The notes: generated from the sequence alone by a model not told the origin. A DNA stretch of 32,000 bases from Cylindrospermopsis raciborskii Cr2010 (GCF_003367075.2 NZ_CP065936.1:1350001-1382000), one strand, 5' to 3'; counted from the stretch's first letter, positions 1 through 8,804 are shown. Program-made: numbers and translations.

Positions 1-1
1 A

Positions 2-892
2 ACGGGAGTATTTGTGGGTTCAGAAGGAACTTTAGGCATTGCTACGGAAATTACCCTGAAAATCCTCAAAACTGCCGAATCAATTTGTGTATTACTAGCG
101 GACTTCACCAGCGTAGAAGCTGCTGCAGCTAGTGTGTCTGATATAGTGAGTGCGGGTATAATTCCCGGTGGTATGGAAATGATGGATAACATTAGTATTA
201 ATGCTGTAGAAGATGTGGTAGCTACTAATTGCTACCCCCGCGATGCAGCGGCAATTTTATTAGTAGAGGTGGATGGATTAGCAGTAGAAGTTAATGCTAA
301 TAAACAAAAGGTGACAGATATTTGTTTAAAGAATGGAGCGCGTAATATCACAGCTGCATCGGACCCGGAAACGAGATTGAAATTGTGGAAAGGTAGAAAA
401 GCTGCTTTTGCTGCAGCAGGTCATATCAGCCCAGATTATTACGTTCAAGACGGGGTTATTCCTCGCACCCAACTACCTTATGTTCTCACAGAAATTGAGG
501 CTTTAAGCCAAAAATATGGTTATAGAATAGCCAATGTTTTTCATGCAGGAGATGGTAATTTACATCCTCTGATTTTATTTGATAATTCCATACCAGGAGA
601 ATTAGAAAAGGTGGAAGAAGTGGGAGGAGAAATTCTCAAGTTATGTGTGAAAGTTGGTGGTAGCATTTCTGGAGAACATGGTATAGGCGCTGACAAGAAG
701 TGTTATATGCCAGATATGTTTAGTGATACGGATTTAGAAACTATGCAATGGGTAAGAGAGGTTTTTAACCCTCAGAGCCTAGCTAATCCAGGGAAAATTT
801 TTCCCACACCGCGTACCTGTGGAGAAGGTGCAAAAGCATCTTCAAGTGCACAATTTTCTTCACAACTTTCACCTCATATAGAAAGGTTTTAA
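2..892 (+). CDS. glcD: Glycolate oxidase subunit GlcD (FAD-linked oxidase), C-terminal ~296 aa; 5' end lies outside the window
   Basis: The reading frame is open to the window edge (TGVFVGSEGTLGIATEITLKIL). It has an FAD-oxidase C-terminal domain pattern including GGSISGEHGIG. Its length and order match the C-terminal 60 percent of GlcD. Confidence 0.8.
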   Translation, partial: TGVFVGSEGTLGIATEITLKILKTAESICVLLADFTSVEAAAASVSDIVSAGIIPGGMEMMDNISINAVEDVVATNCYPRDAAAILLVEVDGLAVEVNANKQKVTDICLKNGARNITAASDPETRLKLWKGRKAAFAAAGHISPDYYVQDGVIPRTQLPYVLTEIEALSQKYGYRIANVFHAGDGNLHPLILFDNSIPGELEKVEEVGGEILKLCVKVGGSISGEHGIGADKKCYMPDMFSDTDLETMQWVREVFNPQSLANPGKIFPTPRTCGEGAKASSSAQFSSQLSPHIERF

Positions 893-894
893 AC

Positions 895-1086
895 ATGATT
901 AAACTCGATCAGTTTTTAAAATTCTTAGGCATTGTCTCCACTGGTGGTCAAGCCAAAATTATGATTGTTAATGGTGAGGTGAAAGTTAATGATATGATTG
1001 AAACTCGAAGGGGGAGAAAATTACTAGTTGATGATATAGTAACTGTGACTGGGAAGACTTTTAAGGTAGGAGATATTATTTCCTAA
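895..1086 (+). CDS. Small S4-type RNA-binding protein (YbcJ-like ribosome-associated protein)
   Basis: This 63-aa ORF starts 2 nt after the glcD stop. The pattern LDQFLK..G...GGQAK..I..G.VKVN...ETRRGRKL is typical of single-domain S4/YbcJ proteins. Confidence 0.65.
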   Translation: MIKLDQFLKFLGIVSTGGQAKIMIVNGEVKVNDMIETRRGRKLLVDDIVTVTGKTFKVGDIIS

Positions 1087-1122
1087 CAGTTTCCCAATTT
1101 TCCCAGACCATAATCAGGAATC

Positions 1123-1419
1123 ATGCTGAAATTACCTATGACTATAGATCAATCAAATATGAGACTAATTAAAAAATCTGAAAAGTTGCTTCTAGAACAG
1201 CTCAAGAACACGGAGGTGCAGGAAGAAAGTTCTGAACCTGATATTACAGATAATTTGGAAGACCTACTTCCAGAATCAGGCCTAATTGAAACCGATAGTT
1301 TTTACATCAATTACATTCCCCTGCGAGATAATGCCATAGTTTATTCTGTTGGTAATACAGGTTGGCAGGTTTCCGAAATTTGGAAAGAAATCAGATTGGA
1401 TGATTTCTATCACAGTTAA
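1123..1419 (+). CDS. Hypothetical acidic protein (98 aa)
   Basis: The ORF has an ATG start and sits in the same orientation as its upstream genes. I recognise no motif. Confidence 0.4.
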   Translation: MLKLPMTIDQSNMRLIKKSEKLLLEQLKNTEVQEESSEPDITDNLEDLLPESGLIETDSFYINYIPLRDNAIVYSVGNTGWQVSEIWKEIRLDDFYHS

Positions 1420-1525
1420 GAAGAACAGAGCAAGATATTTACTCACCCAGGGAGTGAGGGCATAATTTATCTTGAGTCCCCCCCTGGAACCTTAAAATGT
1501 CGAAAAAGTATCATATATATTTTAT

Positions 1526-1640
1526 TAAGTAGGTGGGTGGAATTAAATATAAGATGAACGTAGGTTGGGTTGAAGTATGAAACCCAACACCCCCATCGGT
1601 TACGCCATGGCCCCTACAAATAATTGTGCCTCCCTACTTA
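1526..1640 (-). mobile_element. MITE-like dispersed repeat, copy A (full length, 115 bp)
   Basis: The termini are TAAGTAGGTGGG... and ...CCTCCCTACTTA, forming an imperfect inverted repeat with an 8-bp perfect core TAAGTAGG. The internal hairpin is GTTGGGTT-gaagtatga-AACCCAAC. It is homologous to copies at 6822, 7818, 27507 and 28861, and is in the opposite orientation to them. Confidence 0.75.
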
Positions 1641-1747
1641 CCATATTAATAAATTAATCTTGTTTATAAATTAATCTTATTTTTAAGTCAGCACACCCAC
1701 ACATAGGTTAGCATAGTAATTTCATGAGATGATAGTATGATGATATC

Positions 1748-2986
1748 ATGATCAGTCGTTTGTTTAACCTGTTCATTGCTGTAGGGTTTTTATTCAGTGT
1801 TATTGTGTTTTCTGTTGCTTCTAATTCCGTTGATTTAAAAACAACAAATAATCCTCTATTAACAGAAATTAGAGGAGTTTGGTTAACCAATGTAGCCAGC
1901 GGGGTACTTTTTGTACCTTGGGGTATAGAACGAGCTATTAATCAATTAGCAGAACTCAATTTCAATACGATTTATCCTGTAGTTTGGAACAGAGGCTACA
2001 CTTTCTACCAAAGTCAAGTTGCCCAATCGGTTACAGGTGATATTACCGAGCCATTCTTGAATTTTATGAATGGGGGAAATGATGTTTTGAAAAAAATAGT
2101 TACCTTGGGCAAAAAGAAAAATTTAACCGTGATTCCTTGGTTTGAATATGGGTTTATGACTCCACCTAATTCTAATTTAGCTAGACTGCATCCAGAATGG
2201 TTAACTAATGGTCGAAAAGGCGTAAATTATGTAAATGCCAATCTGCGGGAAGATATTGACAGTTCCAGCATTTTTAATCAACAACTATGGTTAAATCCTC
2301 TCCATCCTCAAGTGCAAAATTTCATTCTAGATTTAATTTTAGAAGTGGTTAAAAATTATGATGTAGATGGTATTCAAGTAGACGATCATTTTGGAATGCC
2401 TGTGCAATTTGGTTATGACCCATTTACAGTTAAGCTATACCAAAAGGAACATCTAGGCAAAATTCCTCCCTCAGACCCTTTCAATTCTGAGTGGATGAGT
2501 TGGCGGGCAAATAAAATCACTAGTTTACTGACAAGAATTCGTGGGGAAGTGAAGAAGATTAAGCCCCAAGCTAAAATATCTGTTTCACCTAATTCCCAGG
2601 ATTATGCCTATAAATACTATCTACAAGACTGGCAAAATTGGGTCAAGAAAAATTTAGTCGATGAGTTGGTTTTGCAGGTCTATCGAGATGATAATCTATC
2701 TTTTATTGCCGAAATTCAAAAACCTGCAGTTCAATCAGCTGTGAAAAAAATTCCTGTCAGTATTGGTATTTCTTCAGGTACTCTAACCAGTCCTGTTAAT
2801 ATTCACAGTGTTAAACAAAAGGTGCAAATTGTACGAGATAGTCGGTTTTTGGGTTTTTCTTTTTTTTACTGGGAAAGTCTCTGGGGTTACATCTCCCCTG
2901 AATCACCTCAACAAAGACGCAGAACGTTTTTAAAAATCCTCGAACATCCAGCTGTTAGACCTGTTTTCTTTAGGAAAATACAATGA
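1748..2986 (+). CDS. Glycoside-hydrolase-like family 10 protein (GHL10/DUF187 type) with an N-terminal signal or anchor
   Basis: The 412-aa ORF has a hydrophobic N-terminus. The motifs RGVWLTN, IPWFEYGF and DGIQVDDHFG are typical of the bacterial family 10 glycosylhydrolase-like (TIM barrel) group. Confidence 0.55.
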   Translation: MISRLFNLFIAVGFLFSVIVFSVASNSVDLKTTNNPLLTEIRGVWLTNVASGVLFVPWGIERAINQLAELNFNTIYPVVWNRGYTFYQSQVAQSVTGDITEPFLNFMNGGNDVLKKIVTLGKKKNLTVIPWFEYGFMTPPNSNLARLHPEWLTNGRKGVNYVNANLREDIDSSSIFNQQLWLNPLHPQVQNFILDLILEVVKNYDVDGIQVDDHFGMPVQFGYDPFTVKLYQKEHLGKIPPSDPFNSEWMSWRANKITSLLTRIRGEVKKIKPQAKISVSPNSQDYAYKYYLQDWQNWVKKNLVDELVLQVYRDDNLSFIAEIQKPAVQSAVKKIPVSIGISSGTLTSPVNIHSVKQKVQIVRDSRFLGFSFFYWESLWGYISPESPQQRRRTFLKILEHPAVRPVFFRKIQ

Positions 2987-3023
2987 AAAATTTCAGCCAA
3001 CAATCTCTCACTACATAATCAAA

Positions 3024-3623
3024 ATGACCGAACCACTACAACTCAAGAGTCACAAATTTGCAGATCTCTGTTTTATATCAATATGGAGTTTTACAACCCT
3101 AGCTAGTTTTCTCCTCAGTTTGCTAGTAGTTGAAGTCGGTGAAAAATCTGATTTGGAAGTTGTAGATGCGGCTATTGGTGGGTTAGCAATCGCTATTCCC
3201 CAAAGTTATCTTCTAAGAAAAATTATTCCTCCCTTAAATTGGATTATATCAACAGTTTTAGGATGGGTGCTAATTACAGTCATAGGTATTGGTACAATGG
3301 GATGGTTTGTCTTGTCTACACACACCTTATATAATCGTGTTTTAATTAGTATGATTGATTCTGGTATTGGTGGTTTAGTTATTGGATTGTCACAGTCCTG
3401 TTTAGCCATTCCCCCATCAGTTCCCCAAAAATGGTCATGGGTGTTTGTGAATGCTATTAACTGTATCCTAGGCTTTACTATTGGATCTCTAATTGGTATT
3501 TTAACTGGTAAAAGCTCATTTTTAAGTGAAGTATTTGGTTTGAGCATTGGATGGTTAATAGTGGGAATTCTAACTAGCATTAGTGCGAACAGGTTTTTAA
3601 AAATAGATGAGGCCAAGTACTAG
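3024..3623 (+). CDS. Hypothetical polytopic membrane protein with an internal duplication
   Basis: The 199-aa ORF has 5-6 hydrophobic helices. The motif GIGGL.I...QS.L appears twice (AAIGGLAIAIPQSYL and SGIGGLVIGLSQSCL). Confidence 0.5.
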   Translation: MTEPLQLKSHKFADLCFISIWSFTTLASFLLSLLVVEVGEKSDLEVVDAAIGGLAIAIPQSYLLRKIIPPLNWIISTVLGWVLITVIGIGTMGWFVLSTHTLYNRVLISMIDSGIGGLVIGLSQSCLAIPPSVPQKWSWVFVNAINCILGFTIGSLIGILTGKSSFLSEVFGLSIGWLIVGILTSISANRFLKIDEAKY

Positions 3624-3742
3624 TAAATAGTCAATCTTCTCCCTCCCCACTCGAATTTTTGATTAATAATCCCGGGATCTCTTGCATAATTCTTCACAAT
3701 TTGTTACAAAAATATAAAGAACTTCTAGAGACCCAGAATCTA

Positions 3743-4540
3743 ATGTTAAGCGGACTTGCTGGTTTAACAGATCCCAAAGGTAGCGACTGGGGAGAGCGAA
3801 TGCTCAATACAGTTGCCAGTCAAACGATTCGCCACTTATTTACCCAGAGCGAGTCAGTAGAAGTCCTTGTGCGTTGCTATCCTTCCAGCAAACTTTTGCA
3901 GGGGAGTATTGATAGCTTTAAGATGAGTGGACAGGGCCTAGTTATCCGTAGAGACTTCGCTATAGAGGAAATGTGTTTTGAAACCGATGCTGTGTCTATT
4001 GACTTTAGCTCGGTTTTAAGTGGCAAACTTAAGCTAAAACAACCCACACAAGCTGTGGCACAGGTAGTATTATTGGAATCAGGTATCAATCATGCTTTTA
4101 AGGCTGAATTGGTGAAAAAGCGTTTAATAAACCTTTCTGAACCAGCTTTAATGGAAATATCTAATGGTGAACCAGTTTCCTTTCCTGAAATTAAAATACA
4201 GTTATTACCTGAAAATCGCTTACATCTTATAGCTAAAGCTGACATTAACAATGGCGAACTTGTACCATTAAGTATGACAATTAGTATCAGTATTGAAAAA
4301 CGAAGACGGGTTTCTTTCAAGGATGCCAGATTCCAATTAGATGAAGTACCAGATCAACAGCGAGAAATTTCTCAAAGATTAGGCGCAGCTCTGGTCACGA
4401 TCTTAGATGGGATGGTAGACCTAGACCGTTTTGATTTAGATGGGGTAAAAATGCGGTTAAATCGTTTAGAAACCCAAGGTGAAAAGTTAATTTTTAGTGG
4501 ATATGCGGAAATAGACCACATTCCCCAAAGTGGGTACTAA
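3743..4540 (+). CDS. DUF2993 (LmeA-like) family protein
   Basis: The track ORF begins at a TTG (3659), but the first ATG at 3743 gives MLSGLAGLTDPKGSDWGERMLNTVASQTIRHLF...VRCYPSSKLLQGSIDSFKMSG, the usual N-terminus of cyanobacterial DUF2993 proteins. Confidence 0.55.
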   Translation: MLSGLAGLTDPKGSDWGERMLNTVASQTIRHLFTQSESVEVLVRCYPSSKLLQGSIDSFKMSGQGLVIRRDFAIEEMCFETDAVSIDFSSVLSGKLKLKQPTQAVAQVVLLESGINHAFKAELVKKRLINLSEPALMEISNGEPVSFPEIKIQLLPENRLHLIAKADINNGELVPLSMTISISIEKRRRVSFKDARFQLDEVPDQQREISQRLGAALVTILDGMVDLDRFDLDGVKMRLNRLETQGEKLIFSGYAEIDHIPQSGY

Positions 4541-4544
4541 AAGA

Positions 4545-4569
4545 ATAACCGACCATCGTGGTCGGTTAT
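4545..4569. terminator. Hairpin between a convergent CDS and the tRNA (candidate bidirectional terminator)
   Basis: ATAACCGAC-catcgtg-GTCGGTTAT forms a 9-bp perfect stem. It lies 5 nt after the DUF2993 stop and 40 nt beyond the tRNA 3' end. Confidence 0.5.
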
Positions 4570-4608
4570 CCTACAAGTGGGAATGGTTGGCATCAGGTAC
4601 ACCCAAAA

Positions 4609-4682
4609 CGGGCGAGGAGGGATTCGAACCCCCGACACCGTGGTCCGTAGCCACGTGCTCTAGTCCACTGAGCTACACGCCC
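4609..4682 (-). tRNA. tRNA-Arg (anticodon ACG), 74 nt, CCA not encoded
   Basis: The reverse complement folds as a cloverleaf: GGGCGTG TA GCTC AGTGGACTA GAGC A CGTGG CTACGGA CCACG GTGTC GGGGG TTCGAAT CCCTC CTCGCCC G. The anticodon loop is CT-ACG-GA. One U6-U67 mismatch sits in the acceptor stem. Confidence 0.9.
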
Positions 4683-4722
4683 CTAATTAACTTCTACTAT
4701 ATTAGCATACCCTTTAGAAATT

Positions 4723-5217
4723 ATGCAAGAGTTTTTGCCAAAATCTTCTGATCTTTCTCATCTCACCACCCAGGGAGAGGTGCAAATGGTTGATATATCA
4801 GGAAAAATCCCCACAATTAGGGAAGCGATCGCAATGGCCAGGGTGCGGATGTTACCAGAAACTCTGGCTGTGATTGAAGCGGGCAATGCACCAAAAGGGG
4901 ATGTGTTAGCTACCGCTAGAATAGCTGGCATTATGGCTGCTAAACAGACCCCAAATTTAATTCCTCTTTGTCATCCTTTACCTTTGCAAAAGGTCACAGT
5001 GGAGATTAGACTAGATGAGCAACTACCCGGGTATGAAATTCATGCCACAGTTAAAACCAAGTCAGAAACCGGTGTAGAGATGGAAGCTCTTATGGCTGTT
5101 TCTGTAGCTGCTTTGACTTTATATGACATGGCTAAAGCTTTAGAAAAGTCTATTCAAATCCAATCTATAGGTTTAGTGAGTAAAACCGGTGGTAAATCAG
5201 GTTCTTGGCAAGGTTAA
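4723..5217 (+). CDS. moaC: Cyclic pyranopterin monophosphate synthase MoaC
   Basis: [46 protein letters not shown] and [21 protein letters not shown] are conserved MoaC blocks. The length is 164 aa. Confidence 0.9.
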   Translation: MQEFLPKSSDLSHLTTQGEVQMVDISGKIPTIREAIAMARVRMLPETLAVIEAGNAPKGDVLATARIAGIMAAKQTPNLIPLCHPLPLQKVTVEIRLDEQLPGYEIHATVKTKSETGVEMEALMAVSVAALTLYDMAKALEKSIQIQSIGLVSKTGGKSGSWQG

Positions 5218-5329
5218 GCCTCTAATTTTTATAAATGATATTGAATTAGCATATTGAATTTTCTTGCTTGTTATATACTGGAGAGAAAACAGCCAAATTA
5301 ATATCAAATAGAGTAAATACAAAGTAATT

Positions 5330-5656
5330 ATGAGTAAGCAAGTACAAACTCTCACCCTTACCAAAAATTTAAATTCTGAAAGTGCATTAGAATTTCAGAG
5401 AAATATTGCCAAAATTGTAGAGAGTAAAGCCGAAGTGGTTTTAATTGATTGTCAACATATTACTTTTCTAGACAGTCGTGGTTTAGGATATCTAGTGTTG
5501 GCTTTTAAAAATTTACAAAAAGCGGGCATTAAAATGGTACTCTGTTCCCTGAGTGAACAAGTAAGAATGATATTTGAATTAACCAGTATCGATGAGATAT
5601 TTGAAATATTTGCTAACCAGGATGACTTTCATCGCGAATTGGTGAATAAGACCTAA
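5330..5656 (+). CDS. STAS-domain anti-sigma-factor antagonist (SpoIIAA/RsbV-like)
   Basis: The protein is 108 aa. The block VVLIDCQHITFLDSRGLGYLV carries the phosphorylatable Ser in its DSRG context, followed by a helical tail typical of STAS. Confidence 0.8.
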   Translation: MSKQVQTLTLTKNLNSESALEFQRNIAKIVESKAEVVLIDCQHITFLDSRGLGYLVLAFKNLQKAGIKMVLCSLSEQVRMIFELTSIDEIFEIFANQDDFHRELVNKT

Positions 5657-6786
5657 TCAAATTTAATCTGGATGATGGCTAGGTCATCATCAAAAATTTC
5701 TTTGGAGTTTAAACTAACCAAATATTTTATTACATATTCAAGTTGGGATTTAGGTAGATTATGGGATCTAACTAATAATTGAATAAACTCCTCTAAACTC
5801 CAAAGAATTCCATCAAAATTAGTAATTTCATAAGCTCCATCACTGAAAATATAAAGACTACTTAATTCTCCAATTTGACAAATTTCATCCACATATTTAG
5901 CTTGGCAAAACATACCAATGGGCATACCCGGGGTTTTGAGAAGTGTTATATCAACATTAAGAGATTTTGGTGACAGTAAAACTGCTGGTGGATGTCCTGC
6001 ACTAGCATAGGTTAATTGTCGATTTACATGGTTATATACACCATACCAAATTGTGAAGTACTTCTCGGTTTTATCATCAGTTTGAAAAGCATCATTTAAA
6101 GCTGATAATACCTGACTAGGTTGATAATAATTTACTCCTTTAAGTGCGCGAGAACGAAGTAAATTTAACACAGAAATTGCCGGGAGAGTGGCCCTAAGTC
6201 CATGACCAACAGCATCCAATAGATAAATTGCCAGGTGATCACCATCTAACCAATAATAATCAAAACAATCTCCTCCTAATTTTCGAGAAGGTAAGAACAT
6301 ATAATCAATATTCACTGGTTGATTAATAGGTAGTGGTAAAAGGGACTTGACGTAGTCTGTAGCTTCTGACAGCTCGGTTTCTAACAATAGCTTTTGGGTT
6401 TGTAAATCTCGATTTAACTGGTGTAGACGTAGTCCAGCTCTAACTCTAGCTTGTAGTTCATTTTGTTCGATGGGTTTGGAGATAAAATCATCTGCTCCCG
6501 AGTCTAGTCCCTTAACCCGATCTGATACTGAATCTAAGGATGTTAATAAAATAAAAAATGTACTAGATAAATTTGGGTGATTTTTAATAAAATTGCAGAC
6601 CTCTAAACCACTTAATTCAGGCATCATCCAATCACAAATAATCAGAGCAGGAGGAGAAGCAACAGCTTGCAAAATCCCCTCTCTCCCATTACTGGTTGTG
6701 ATAACTTGATAATGCTGTTTTTCTAAGATCCTTTTGAGAAGGATTTGGATTGAAGAATCATCATCAATTACTAAAATTTGGAACAT
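5653..6786 (-). CDS. Response-regulator receiver fused to a PP2C/SpoIIE-type phosphatase (RsbU-like)
   Basis: The N-terminal REC domain shows ILVIDDD...LIICDWMMPELSG...K. The C-terminal PPM domain shows GGDCFDYYWL, LLDAVGHG and SDGAYE. Confidence 0.85.
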   Translation of the reverse strand: MFQILVIDDDSSIQILLKRILEKQHYQVITTSNGREGILQAVASPPALIICDWMMPELSGLEVCNFIKNHPNLSSTFFILLTSLDSVSDRVKGLDSGADDFISKPIEQNELQARVRAGLRLHQLNRDLQTQKLLLETELSEATDYVKSLLPLPINQPVNIDYMFLPSRKLGGDCFDYYWLDGDHLAIYLLDAVGHGLRATLPAISVLNLLRSRALKGVNYYQPSQVLSALNDAFQTDDKTEKYFTIWYGVYNHVNRQLTYASAGHPPAVLLSPKSLNVDITLLKTPGMPIGMFCQAKYVDEICQIGELSSLYIFSDGAYEITNFDGILWSLEEFIQLLVRSHNLPKSQLEYVIKYLVSLNSKEIFDDDLAIIQIKFD

Positions 6787-6821
6787 AAGGTTTAGAAGAT
6801 TTATATCATCAGTATTCTATT

Positions 6822-6942
6822 TAAGTAGGGAGGCACAATTATTTGTAGGATGGGTTGAGGAACGAAACCCATGCGGGCGTTGGGTTTCATACTTCAGCCC
6901 AACCTACGTTCATCTTATATTTAATTCCACCCACCCACTTAC
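6822..6942 (+). mobile_element. MITE-like dispersed repeat, copy B (full length, 121 bp, two tandem hairpins)
   Basis: TAAGTAGGGAGGCACAATTATTTGTAGG ... GTTGGGTTTCATACTTCAGCCCAACCTACGTTCATCTTATATTTAATTCCACCCACCCACTTAC. An extra hairpin ATGGGTT-gaggaacga-AACCCAT is present relative to copy A. Confidence 0.75.
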
Positions 6943-7002
6943 ATTATGTCCACAAATTAGGAATCTAGAATGAAAAGCTGATAAAAACTTGAGCTATTTA
7001 TG

Positions 7003-7788
7003 TTAATCCGATAAAGACTCTAGAGGGTTAAGCCAGAATAGCATTACTTTTTGCAGCTGGTGTAAATCTCTATAAACCTCTTGTTTAAACCACTGGGCTA
7101 TAGCATCTAGGGGAGTAAAGGAATTTCCTGATTGCCATTTAATGTCTTGACCTAAAGGAGTTGTGTGGTTTCCGGAGAGAGTTTTTACGGTAACCATTTG
7201 AGAAAAACGGTTTTTTAAAATTTTCGTTAACTCTGCTGATTGATCTAAATTGTCATTGTGGAATTTGATTAATAGGTTGCGTCTAATCTGATAGGATTCT
7301 TCGATAATTTGATTAGTTTCTGTGGGTGTGGGACTAAATTCAATCATTAAATCACTCATGAGGGTAGAATTTAGTTGCTCCACTAGAGGAATAGCGTCTT
7401 TAGCAGTGTAGTTATTAAAGGAAATCAGAATATTACCCGCTCGCTCTACTTCAAAAAGACTGCCAATCAATAATTGCAGCTTACAACCCATGCTGTGTCC
7501 AACTCCATAAATTGGTAAGTATAGTTTATGTAATTCCCCATAATAATGTAGACGTTCCAAAGTCCTTTCAAATTTCAGTAGAACTGATTGGGCGATCGCC
7601 TGGTGATCTAGTCCATTGACAAATGGTGTGGCAATTATGACGTAACCTTTGTTAGCAAGCTGCTCTAATAACCAACGGTAGGTCAAATGGGGTGCACTAG
7701 CGACAAATGCACCTCCCAAAAAATGAATGATTCCAACGGGGTGACGGGGAACAATTACCCAATTACCTCTTATTTCTTTCCATTCCAT
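7003..7788 (-). CDS. DUF1350 family protein (alpha/beta-hydrolase fold)
   Basis: The N-terminus MEWKEIRGNWVIVPRHPVGIIHFLGGAF and a GVGHSMGC nucleophile-elbow-like motif match the cyanobacterial/plastid DUF1350 family. Confidence 0.6.
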   Translation of the reverse strand: MEWKEIRGNWVIVPRHPVGIIHFLGGAFVASAPHLTYRWLLEQLANKGYVIIATPFVNGLDHQAIAQSVLLKFERTLERLHYYGELHKLYLPIYGVGHSMGCKLQLLIGSLFEVERAGNILISFNNYTAKDAIPLVEQLNSTLMSDLMIEFSPTPTETNQIIEESYQIRRNLLIKFHNDNLDQSAELTKILKNRFSQMVTVKTLSGNHTTPLGQDIKWQSGNSFTPLDAIAQWFKQEVYRDLHQLQKVMLFWLNPLESLSD

Positions 7789-7817
7789 CGGATTCTCACC
7801 TGATTATTCTGTTTCTA

Positions 7818-7870
7818 TAAGTAGGGAGGTGCAATTATTTTTATATTTAATTTCACCCATCCACTCAGTA
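7818..7870 (+). mobile_element. MITE-like repeat, copy C (internally deleted mini-copy, about 53 bp)
   Basis: The left arm TAAGTAGGGAGGTGCAATTATTT is fused directly to the right arm TTATATTTAATTTCACCCATCCACTCAGTA. The central hairpin core is missing. Confidence 0.6.
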
Positions 7871-7952
7871 TAGCAATAGTCATTGAAAGTTGACAAGTGA
7901 TTAACTAGCTAATTACCTTCTATTGCGCAAAGTAGATAAAGAATCTTTTAGA

Positions 7953-8666
7953 CTAGTCTTGTAGTTTTCTCATTTCTTGCTTAACATCCATAGCAATTTG
8001 TAATGCTTCATTTAGCAACCGGTCGTGTTCTGCTGCCTTTTCACTAACTTCCATAGTGCTTAAACTGGATAAATTGTGGGTAAACAGATCCGAATTAGTT
8101 AAGATAAACGCTTTATTTTCTCGCAAAATTCTTTCGGTTTTCAACGCTCTGACTAAATCTAACTTGGTGAATTTTAGAGATTTAATCACTTTATCTCTGT
8201 TTTGTATACCTACTGCTGGATTACCTGCTGCTTCTATTTGATCATTAATATTTATGGCATGAATAATGGAATTATATCTGGAAACGTCATTTAATAAGAC
8301 CTTTAGGGAGCTAGTCATGTTCTTCTTGAAGAAGCGGGTTTTGTACTTCCACCACAAATATAACACCCCCTGACTAACACCACTTAGCCAAACCAGGGTT
8401 AAAATAAGTAATATCCATGATGGTAAAGTAATCCAAGCTACTAAATCTTTAACTAACCAATCGAAAAGCAAATATGTAAAAATTAGAACAGAAGAGCTAA
8501 TAAAAACCACTGTAGCTCCCTCAGAACCCTGAACTTTGTCCAGTAATAACTTCCCCAACTGGTAGAGGGAATCGGTTATAATAGGGAATTGATTATCTAC
8601 GGGTAAGTTAGTTAGGTCTTGCAATTCTTTATCTGTAATTCGCAGACTCTTCAAATCGTCACGCAC
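7953..8666 (-). CDS. Hypothetical membrane protein with a C-terminal helical region (237 aa)
   Basis: A GTG start is preceded by GGAGGGG. There are two or three central hydrophobic helices and no recognised motif. Confidence 0.45.
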   Translation of the reverse strand: MRDDLKSLRITDKELQDLTNLPVDNQFPIITDSLYQLGKLLLDKVQGSEGATVVFISSSVLIFTYLLFDWLVKDLVAWITLPSWILLILTLVWLSGVSQGVLYLWWKYKTRFFKKNMTSSLKVLLNDVSRYNSIIHAININDQIEAAGNPAVGIQNRDKVIKSLKFTKLDLVRALKTERILRENKAFILTNSDLFTHNLSSLSTMEVSEKAAEHDRLLNEALQIAMDVKQEMRKLQD

Positions 8667-8804
8667 AACCCCTCCAACTCTACTAACTTAGGACTGATCA
8701 AATTATTAATAACTCTTGTAGATTTGTCAACAAAACTGTGAACTGTGGTACATTAATTGTTGGGTTTCCAGTACCTAAACAGCAAAAACACTAACCACAG
8801 CACC

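Noticed and set aside
3206-4320. Antisense ORFs 3206-3616, 3877-4089 and 4090-4320 (minus strand)
   Set aside because: They are fully nested opposite longer ORFs that have recognisable family features or membrane-protein character. They have no motifs and their composition is typical of antisense frames.
4530-4751. 73-aa plus-strand ORF (MGTKRITDHRG...)
   Set aside because: It runs straight across the antisense of the tRNA-Arg gene and the terminator hairpin. Its sequence is simply the tRNA complement translated (EGFEPPTPW is the classic T-arm artefact).
6734-6973. 79-aa plus-strand ORF spanning the PP2C gene start and MITE copy B
   Set aside because: Half of it is antisense to the REC domain, and the rest is a translation of the MITE (VGWVEERNPCGRWVSYFSPTYV). 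Such repeat-derived pseudo-ORFs recur wherever the element sits.
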